Shown here in pieces: positions 22,240 to 31,181 of a DNA stretch of 31,181 bases (position 1 is the stretch's first letter; every line of letters starts with the position of its first letter). A program made the translations under genes and the position numbers. The stretch lies in the NCBI GenBank assembly GCA_040437565.1, contig JBDOQK010000023.1, positions 434,001-465,181 of the forward strand, in the 5' to 3' direction. This stretch comes from Albugo candida (taxonomy: Eukaryota). A model generated the notes under the pieces. That model did no database searches. It was not told the origin of the DNA and saw only the letters and a list, made by a program, of their open reading frames with translations.

Positions 22240-24010
22240 CTCCCTGCTGTTTTTTACGGATGCGACCTGGGTGGTGTTTACAGATAAAATCGGAGATTGA
22301 TAAAGATGCCCGCCAGCGGTATTTTCCAACCGTCAACATGGTTGCCCCTTTCGCAAGGTTGGTCGGCTAAAACAATAAGTTTGTTTGCTTGATGACGTTC
22401 GCTCGGAGCACAACCATGGGATTGCTGTTAATCTCAGTGGTCATCAAGGTGCCAGAATAGTTTCATCGCTGCGTCTGCAACAAATAGCTTTGATGTCAAT
22501 GGGCAATTGCTCACCATGAGAAATTGCAAATGGTTTTGGCAGATGCCGCTGAAGGTCCTCTGTCATTACTAAGAATATCAGCAACCAAAAAGTTTCTATT
22601 CGAAATCAGTACCTTTCAGGCCGCACATCTTTAAAAGCCTTGATTGGTGAGCTCGGTTCTGGGAAGGAAGTGCACCTCAGCTTCAAATCAGACGAAGAAG
22701 GTCATATAAGCCATCTCTATGTCAGTCACGTTGCATCAAAATATGTGGTTGATAAATACCATCCTGTGTTTGTGATTGACTGCACATATGAAACGAGCTG
22801 GTATGGTATGCCACTTCTCCATATTGTTGGGACGCCTCACCTGAACTATTCGTGTTCCGCTGCAATGATCTTTGTTCCAGGAGAAAAGGTTGGTGACTAC
22901 ATATGGACGCTTAATCGATTCAAAAATATTACGTTGGCATCAAGAAAACTGCCTTCCTGCCGGGAACTGACAGAGAAGTGGCATTCATCAATGCCACGGA
23001 AATGGTTTTTCCTGGGGTTTCTCGCTTGCTTTGTGTTTTGTATATCGATAAGAATATCTTGACCAACTACAAAAGAGGATTCCCAACCACGGATGCTAGG
23101 ACTGACTTCATTGTCAATTAGACCACTATATTTCACTGCTCTACAGTCAACAAATACAAGGATATATGGGATACTTTAAAACCCAGTATGAGGAATCCCA
23201 TGAAAAGTGCCTTACGTGTCTGCGGCGAAACTTGGCTACTTTGGAAAGAGCACTTCATGGAGGCATGGACTCGAACTATTTTAATCTCGAACAGACCACT
23301 TCAAAAACAATTTCCACACGTATAAAGGTGACCATCAGTAGGTCTTAGGCCAGCTCAAGATTTCTATTCAACACCAGATTGCTGCAATCCGAGATGGTGA
23401 GGCAGCAGACCCGCTAAAAATCCACAAATACCAAGATAACCTTCTTGGTGTGTGATGTCCAGCTTCGCAATATGGTAATTTTTCTTTCCAAAAGGTCATA
23501 TAATGATCAAGTCTCAAATCGGTCCCCTTCATCCATTTTTCTAGATATTCACCCAGTTGAAGGCAGTAAAAGCATTACAGAAAGCTGGGAAGTCACTGCA
23601 TAAACTTTGCCTTTGTGCAGAACCTGTCACACTTGGCTTGCAAGCATAATCCGCAAGCAAAACTTTAGGCCAAGGATTCGCTGACCATAGATGACCTGAC
23701 ATGGGTGAAAGGAAGTCTGCAGAATTCTGTGCAAATAGATATCAATAGCTGGGAGGACATAAAATCTGAGCTCCATGAGGTGTATAATAGTGCTGCTCCC
23801 CACAAGCTCGTTTGCATTCAGCGGTTAGAGATATTTTGGCTGAGCAGGCCATTTTATCACCACTTCCCGTCAAAACGCGTTGGCGAGTTGCACAAAACGA
23901 GTCAAACAAGTGATACATCAGCCTTCGAATACCATCAACCTGAAAAAAGGAGAAAGAAATGCCTAGCTTGTGGCAGCCGAGAAATAATGATAGAACGTGT
24001 GAAAAATTGC
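22240..24010 (+). pseudogene. Mutator/MULE (FAR1-like) transposase pseudogene
   Basis: GCDLGGVYR...GCPF...EHNH N-terminal zinc ribbon; VFVIDCTYETSWYGMPLLHIVG (first catalytic D); TDREVAFINATEMVFP..LLC..IDKNI (second D); C-terminal KKCLACG knuckle. Stops and frameshifts present; TIRs not found. Confidence 0.88.
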
Positions 24011-24617
24011 GACAGGTATGTTAGGGCAGCAGTTTGGATTGGTATTCTTTGATTCATCTGCTTACTTTCTCTGTTGTTATGAATACAACAAGCAATCCAG
24101 CTGATGTTGAGGAGAAGAGCAGGGACTTGGCTGCAGAGGTGAGTCATTTCAATCAAGGAGTTTAGTTGTTAAATATGGTAACTGAATCAAGGATAATAAT
24201 TCAGTGTAATGTTAATAATTTTTTTCTGTGTTCTTTCATACCAAAAAAGACGATATTGTTGAGGAGAATGGGAACTACGCGAAGCTATACAACCATTGCT
24301 TGACGAGAAGATGTTAAATGATCAGACAATGGTGTCATTTTTGCGTACCTTCACGCCTTAATCAACTGCACACATCTTTACGCCGCACCATCGCAAATCA
24401 TTTAGAAGCCTGGCAAAAAAAGGACAGTATCTTCTTGGAATCGTTGTTTGCATACATCCTTCGCGGGTCGTCTTCATCAACCCGGGAGAGCGCAATATAC
24501 ATTGGAATACGTACGTCTGATTCGCTCGTCTACCTACATACATTCCAAATAATAGATTCCTTGGTAAATGCAATGCTTGATGCCACAAATCAATTCGATG
24601 AGTCTTTGAGGAATAAT

Positions 24618-24857
24618 TGTTGTTGCTCTAGATGGTAAAATGGAAAGTGATATATATATATATATATATTAGGGTCCTTAGTTGTTGTTACTATTCTAAA
24701 CACCAGCCTTTACGCATTGTCTTATAAGCTCCGCTGTATTAATCTTGATTGGTGGAACGAATCGCTCGTTCTTTAGGTTGATTCGTACCTTTGGATATCT
24801 GTATCCGATTGGCGGAACCTTTTTGGATTCGTAGGATTGGCTGATGCCATTGCGACA
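24618..24857 (-). mobile_element. Solo copia LTR with 5-bp target-site duplication ATAAT
   Basis: Reverse complement runs TGTCGCAATGGCATCAG...CAACAACA and aligns end to end with the LTR at 29682-29908. ATAAT at 24613-24617 and 24858-24862. Contains an expanded (TA)n run at ~24650-24669. Confidence 0.93.
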
Positions 24858-25180
24858 ATAATGTTTGTTCAATTGTTGCTATTTGCATATAATCCGCCCA
24901 GATACATGGATTGGATTCCAGCCGTGTGTGCAAACTGCACAAAGCAGTGGATGCTAATTACTGTGGCATTTTTACATCCTACTACGTTTGTGAAGCTGCG
25001 CAAGTGAGGGCAATTGTGGAGGTGCACCACCAGCTCATGTTTTTTGAGCTAATATGCTGCGTAAACTTCAGGCTTTACAGAAAGTAATTAATTTCAGCGG
25101 AGCGAAAATAAATAAAGGATTATGGCCTGCCTTCTAGACTACTTTTACTTTGCTTGAAATAAATTCAGCTTTCCTCATGG

Positions 25181-25518
25181 TGTTTTGCGACCCGCTTTTA
25201 GTGACCTTGAGACCAGCGGACATGGAGATACGAAAGTAGGGGTATATCTAAGAACAAGGGTGATGAATTGATGCTCGAAAGAAAATTGAAAATTGAATTA
25301 AAAAGATCCTCAGTTCGCTAGTCGCTATTCTAAGTCTTTTCCTAGAAATTCTTTCGACAGTTATGTAGAAAGCCTACGAATTTCTTCCGACGGCTATGTA
25401 GAAAGAAATATGATTCTTTCCTTGCTAAACAGATATTCTAGAATGATCTGGAACATTCGAGGTGGCATCCATGTAATACTATGTGTGTTACATAAGATGT
25501 GGTATCTTATCTGTAACA
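25181..25518 (-). repeat. 3' LTR of copia element 3 (far boundary tentative)
   Basis: On the minus strand, PPT GAGGGGGAG (25527-25519) is followed by TGTTACA at 25518. Candidate AACA end at 25181. Confidence 0.6.
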
Positions 25519-28500
25519 CTCCCCCTCGACTTGCATATTCCAATATGTGACAGCTGGACAAGTCTATGGAATGGATTGGTTGCTATTGCTTTTGCTAAGA
25601 AATCAGCAAGCTTTTGTTTGGTTGGTGTATAAATCAGCTTGATGTCACCGGATTTGATGTGCTCTCGAATGAAATGATACCGGATATCTATGTGCTTTGC
25701 ACAGCTTTGATATCCATCATTGTTCGCTATTGCAATCGCACTTTGAATGTCAACATAAATACTGACTGGTTCTTGCACTATTACCCATTTCTAGCAGTAG
25801 CGATTTCATCCATGATACTTCTTGGATACAAATTAATATAGCCATATATTCCGCTTCGGCTGAACTAAGGGCGACATTTCTCTGTGGTCGTGATTAGAAA
25901 ATGACTGGCATATTATTAATTGTAACTATCATTCCAGACGTTGACGTCGATTGTCTTGATCACTAGCCGAATCGGAGTCACTGAGACAGACATCTCTAAT
26001 GTTTTCTTCTCATTTTTACAAATCAAATCAAAATTGCATGTTGATTTCAAATACCGCAGTACTCGAATTCCTGCTTTCCAATGTTCAAAACTGGGATTTT
26101 CGAGGAATCGACTGAGTTGACAGAGTGCAAAGGCTACATCCGGTCTTGTACTCATTGCAACATACAGTAATGATTCAATAAGTGACATATAGGGCCGCTT
26201 CGCCGTGTCTGGGTCTTTGTCACTACATTTGTTCAATTTCTGGCTGAGAACACTTGGATTGTACACTGGTGACGAGCTATGCTGGCTGAACTTATCAATC
26301 AATCTGTTGGTACAAGACTCCTGTGATAGGCTTGAGACTTGGTCCTTCGGATTGTATATGATTCCATACGAAGAATAAATCTGGCTCTTTCCAAATCTTT
26401 TAACGCAAGTAGTTGTGAAAGCTGATTTTGAATCAACTTGATCACTCTTTTTGATTTTGCTCCTATCAGCATATCATCCACGTAAAGGGCAATGTAAATA
26501 TAACCATCTTGATCTTTTCGAGCAAAAATGCATGAATGGGTAAGACATCGCTTGAATTCGAGTTCCTTAACAAATACATTAGAAATGGTTTCATACCATA
26601 TTGCTGACGCCTATTCGAGACCATAAATACTTATCATTAACTCGCAAACTTTTCCAATTTCTGCTTCGATACCTTGATGGAGGCGCATGTAAATGTCTTC
26701 ATCAATATATCCATTCAAGAAATCCGTATCGACATCGTATTGATATATATCGTAACTCAGATGACAGCATAATGATAAAAAACTCTGATTGAATTCATCC
26801 TGGCAACTGGTGCATACGTTTCTTTGTAGTGGATACCTGGAATCTGGTGAAATCCTTGTGCTACGAGCCGAGCCTTGTATCGTTGGATTTTTCCATCTTC
26901 ATCACGCTTGATCGTGAAAATCCATTTGCAACCTATGATGCGCCTGTGAAGAGGTGGATCTGTGAGTTACCAGGTAAATTTTGATTCCAAAGGTTGAAGC
27001 TCCGACTTGATGGCTTCCCCTTCCACTATTGGCTGTCATGACTTTCTAAGGCTTCTTTATATGTTTCAGGAATTTCGTCCATGACATATGCTTGTTCTTG
27101 AGTGATGCGTAGTCGTTTTGACTTTCGATCGTAATTTTCAGGTTGTTCTTGAAAGGTTCTCTTATATGGAACTAGTTGCCCAGAATGGGTACTTTGAGGT
27201 AAAGCTATATTGCGTTGTCCAGGTAACATATGTGACGTGCCGAACATGAATGGTTCCCTTTCAGGGTCATATCTCCCCCTTGTCGCGATAATGTTGCTCC
27301 CACGTCGCGACAACTGACTGATCCCTACTCGCTGAATAAGAAGGTTGATTGTTACTAAAATCATCAATTTCCATATTGTTTTGTCCAGGCAATGATGGAG
27401 TTTGTCTATTCGCTGAATTTTTTTGACTAGGGCCCGACTCTGTACTTCCTCGTTCACTTCCATTCGATTATCATGCGGAAGACTCGGGTGAAAATCGGTG
27501 AGTCCGACGTCTTGGATTTTATCATCTGAAGTGTCTGAACACGCTGCGGTATTTTTGTTGATAGAGGTGAACTGGTGATTGGTTACTCCTGCGTAAGTTA
27601 TTGTTCTGGTTATTTCAAGTTTATTAGCTTCCTTATTATAAACGCGATAACCTTTTGCGTTGCTCTCATATCCCAAAGTATAACCATTCAAAAGCTTACT
27701 GTTGTATCTTAGATCGCTTCGATTTATCAATGTAGGCATAGCCTGTTGATCCAAACACACGGAAATGACAAATATCGGGCCTAGAACCGAAGAATACTTC
27801 GTGTGGTGTTATCGATGTTCGTATGCTGTTTGGTAATCGATTTTTAATGTAGGCTGCTGTATTGACCGCCTCCGCCCACCATTGTTTCTCATCACCTTTA
27901 TGCTCTAGCATTGCCTGTGCTCGGTCCATAAGGGTTGTGTTCATTCTTTCTGCCACTCCATTTTGCTGTGGGCAGTATGGAACTGTAGTTTGGTGAAAAA
28001 TTCTATTTTTCCGACAATCACTTGAAAAGAGTGAGTTAATGTATTCTTTGACATTTTCTGTTCTGATGTACTTGATTGTTGATCCAAGTTGTCGTTCCAT
28101 TATTGATTTATATTCCATGAATTTTTCGAATTCTTGAGATTTTCTTTGAATGAAATATGCACTTACGTACCTTGAATAGTCGTCAACAAATGTCACAACA
28201 TACCTTGCCCCACCAAATGAATTCACTTGGTCCCATTACATGACTATTCACGAGCTGCAAGACTTTCTTTGTTTTTGGTTATTTTATGACCTTAGTTGGA
28301 AAGGATTACATTGTCAATCGTTCTTTGACACATCCAGCACAAAGCTCTTCTTTGTCGTTGCAGAGACTAGCATGACTCTCTATTTGTAGACCAGTAACAC
28401 ATTTCTTTAGAACGGNNNNNNNNNNNNNNNNNNNNNNNNNNNNNNNNNNNNNNNNNNNNNNNNNNNNNNNNNNNNNNNNNNNNNNNNNNNNNNNNNNNNN

Positions 28501-29681
28501 NNNNNNNNNNNNNNNTTTCTGGAAAATGCTCAAGACGAGCATGCCATACATCGATGTCTTGACTTTTCTCATAGGAGCACTCGCTGCGATCACTTGGTGA
28601 ACTTTATTTCTTTGTAATATTGCCTTTAATATGTACATTTACCAATCATCTTCACTCTGACAATTAGCTGTTCACAATTACGGATATCACACCAATAATT
28701 TCCAAATATGACATTGCGTCCCTTCGCAACAAGAGCCGGAATCGATAATAGGCGGCGCTCCAAATTATAAAACATCATGAATTATTACGGATTCTTCGTT
28801 TTCCATGATGATTGGAACTGAACCAATACTCGTCGCTTGGACCAAAGCTCCATTTGAAATTGAAATATTCACTGGGTCGTCCAAAGGTCTCAATTTATCG
28901 AAATCGTCTTCATTGAAAAAGTCATATGGCTACTTGCGCCACTATCGAGGAGCCATTGCATTTGACTGTTGTTTGGAATAGCCCTAAATATGCATGTGCA
29001 TTTTCTCTTCTATCCTGACGTCTCTTATTCGTGCGCTCTTTTGTCGACACTCTTTTTGACGATGACCATGCTTGTTGTAGATAAAGCACCGTCCCTTGAA
29101 TATGTTTCTGTCATTTTTGCTGCAGTTGCCTTGATAATTTAGCTTCGTTTTACTTGCTTTCAATGCCAATTCGTCATTGTCTATCTTAGTCATATTCTCC
29201 CATTCACGCTGTGAAAGCTTTTTTGCGTGCAGAAGCTCGATATCAGCCATGTTCTCAATAATTCTAATGATTGGCTGGAATTCATCTGTCAGACTTCCCA
29301 ATTTTATCACTAGTATTTCATGATCAGCAATAATGTCTCCAATCGCACCCATATTTATCACCAATTTGTCAGGTTTCATAAAATGGTCGACCCCAACTAT
29401 CCCCTTTGGCCATTTTGAACATATGAAGTTCTGTTCTTAGATGCACGTTTTTGTGCAAACTTTTTCGTACGAAGAATTGCTGCAGTGGGTCCCACAAGTG
29501 CTCTGCGCTGATCGTTGTGCGCACCATTGTGTGAAATTGAGGGCTTAAAATTGGTGATAATATTGCAAATGATCTCATATCATTCGTTTTCATGATGATA
29601 GCTAACTCATAGCTATCATCTGATGGAGGTGCCTTTGACCCATCGATGTGACTCAACAAATTCTATGTAGCAAGCTTCATT
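25181..29681 (-). mobile_element. Near-complete degenerate Ty1/copia element 3 (gag-PR-IN-RT-RH), 5' end cut by a nested insertion
   Basis: gag MKLAT*NLLSHIDG; knuckle CFIYNKHGHRQKEC; WLLDSGASSHM; WHARL; integrase VTFVDDYSRY..PQQNGVAERMN (27696-28226); RT YKARLVAQGF and LYVDDMLI (26484-26473); RNase H IYVDIQSAIAIA..AKHIDIRYHFIRE..SRGSV. Multiple frameshifts and stops. Confidence 0.95.
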
Positions 29682-29908
29682 TGTCGCAATGGCATCAGAA
29701 AATCATAAGATCAGAAAAGTATTCCGCCAATCGGATGCTGATATTCGAGGTCAAGAAACAATGTAAAGACAGTGCATCATATTCCATCAATCAAGATTGA
29801 TACAGCGGAGCTTATAAGACAATGCGTAAAGGCTAGGGTTTATAATAGTAACAACAACTAAGGACCCTGATATATTCACTTTCCATTTTACCAACTAAAA
29901 CAACAACA
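29682..29908 (+). repeat. 5' LTR (227 bp, TG...CA) of copia element 4
   Basis: Both ends are defined by alignment to the TSD-flanked solo LTR at 24618-24857, and the PBS follows directly. Confidence 0.92.
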
Positions 29909-29920
29909 GGTTATGAGCCC
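29909..29920 (+). promoter_or_regulatory. Primer-binding site complementary to the anticodon arm of initiator tRNA-Met
   Basis: GGTTATGAGCCC; reverse complement GGGCTCATAACC is the CAT anticodon stem-loop of tRNA-iMet. Confidence 0.88.
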
Positions 29921-29974
29921 AAGCTCACTCGCAAATTGAGATCCATCGTCAGTCATAAATACAGTCTTGAAATA

Positions 29975-31181
29975 ATGAACGATCCAACAGCGATACTCAA
30001 TGAAGATAATTATTTCGTTTGGGAATTTACTACTCGTCTCAAGCTGATGAAGAAAGGTCTTTTGGACCACATTGATGCAACTGAAGTACCAATTGTTGAA
30101 AATCAAGTCCCTGAATCATGGAGAGTCAGTGACTTAAAGGCATTCACCATAATATCGATGTCAATCGGTATAAGGTTCCCCAATCATTGATCAGAAATGC
30201 TCGTACAGCCTCCGAAGTGTGGGAAATACTGCAAAGCATTCACCTGAGAAGGAATATCCATAATCGTGTGCAAAAGAAAAAGGAAGTACACCAGTTTAAG
30301 CTTGTCAAAAATGGAAATATAATGCACCATTTTTAAAACATTGATGATTTATGCCTATCAATGGAGGCATTGGGTGATGGTATAAGTGAGTACGAAAAGG
30401 TGGTAATATTACTGGGAAGTCTATCGGATGAATATGATCAGATAAGTAAGATCATTGAAAACATTCAAGGGATCAATATTTTACAGGCTAAAGAAATGCT
30501 ACACAGAGAGTTTGAAGGACTACAAAGAAAGGAAGCTAATGAAGTGGCGTTGCGTGCTACGAAGTACAAGAACAAAGGTCGCCATAGAGAATGGAATGTG
30601 ATTAAGAAATTCCACAGAAAGGTCGATATCAAATGCTTTCATTGTAACAAAGTTGGACATATCAAAAAGGATTGCTGGAAATCAAACAATCAAAATAAAG
30701 AAAAGAGCGAACACGCTTTTTCTTCCTATGAGAATAACCACTGTGAGTGGATAATGGATAGTGGTGCGTCTAGGCACATGTACTTCAATGAAAAAGATTT
30801 TAGCCAGCTTCGGCCGATGAAGAACCATGTCAGCATATCAATTGCAAATGGAGGGAAGCTAGAAGCAACGGGTATTGGAATTATACATTTGATACTTCCA
30901 AATGGAGAAAAGATTCGAGTGGAAGATGTTTTGTGTGTTTTAAAGCTTGACAATCGACTCTTGTCAGTATCTGCAATGAACAGAAAAGGTATACAAGTAA
31001 CTTTTGGAATGTCAAATTGTGAAGTTAGCAGTGAATCGACAAACATTATCAGTATTGAGCGCAGCGGAAAATTATTCGTATTATATGGAATTATATCTGA
31101 AAGTGCTCTGTTTGGCAAAGAGCAGCAACACACTCCAGAAGCGAACGAAGAAATATGGCACGCAAGATTAGGACACATTTC
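29975..31181 (+). pseudogene. Copia element 4 gag-pol (gag, CCHC knuckle, protease, start of GAG-pre-integrase); runs off the window
   Basis: MNDPTAILNEDNYFVWEFTTRLKLMKKGLLDHID; frameshift near 30180; stop at 30334; then open to the end with CFHCNKVGHIKKDC, WIMDSGASRHM and IWHARLGH. Confidence 0.93.

Noticed and set aside
30726..31178. 150-aa minus-strand ORF
   Set aside because: Antisense shadow of the copia protease region.

Overview
Eukaryotic draft-scaffold sequence, not prokaryotic. It has short GT-AG introns, five 100-N placeholder gaps and a transposon set that looks oomycete-like (an Albugo-type compact genome is an inference). The first ~7.2 kb hold about four tightly packed spliced genes, including a clean 3-exon Tudor-like gene and a convergent coiled-coil, possibly Sds3-like, gene. 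The other ~24 kb are almost all decayed or nested transposons: a LINE reverse-transcriptase remnant, four Ty1/copia elements (three with a half-tRNA-iMet-type PBS), a solo LTR with a perfect ATAAT target-site duplication, a probable LINE ORF1 remnant, a Mutator/MULE transposase pseudogene, and 640-bp inverted arms carrying a Tc1/mariner-type transposase C-terminus. Three direct duplications (151, 3041 and 760 bp) flank N-gaps and are most likely assembly artefacts. I found no convincing novel biological system. The best leads are the inverted-arm element, the nested and solo-LTR copia history, and a possible tandem DNA-binding-domain MULE with hairpins and G-tracts.
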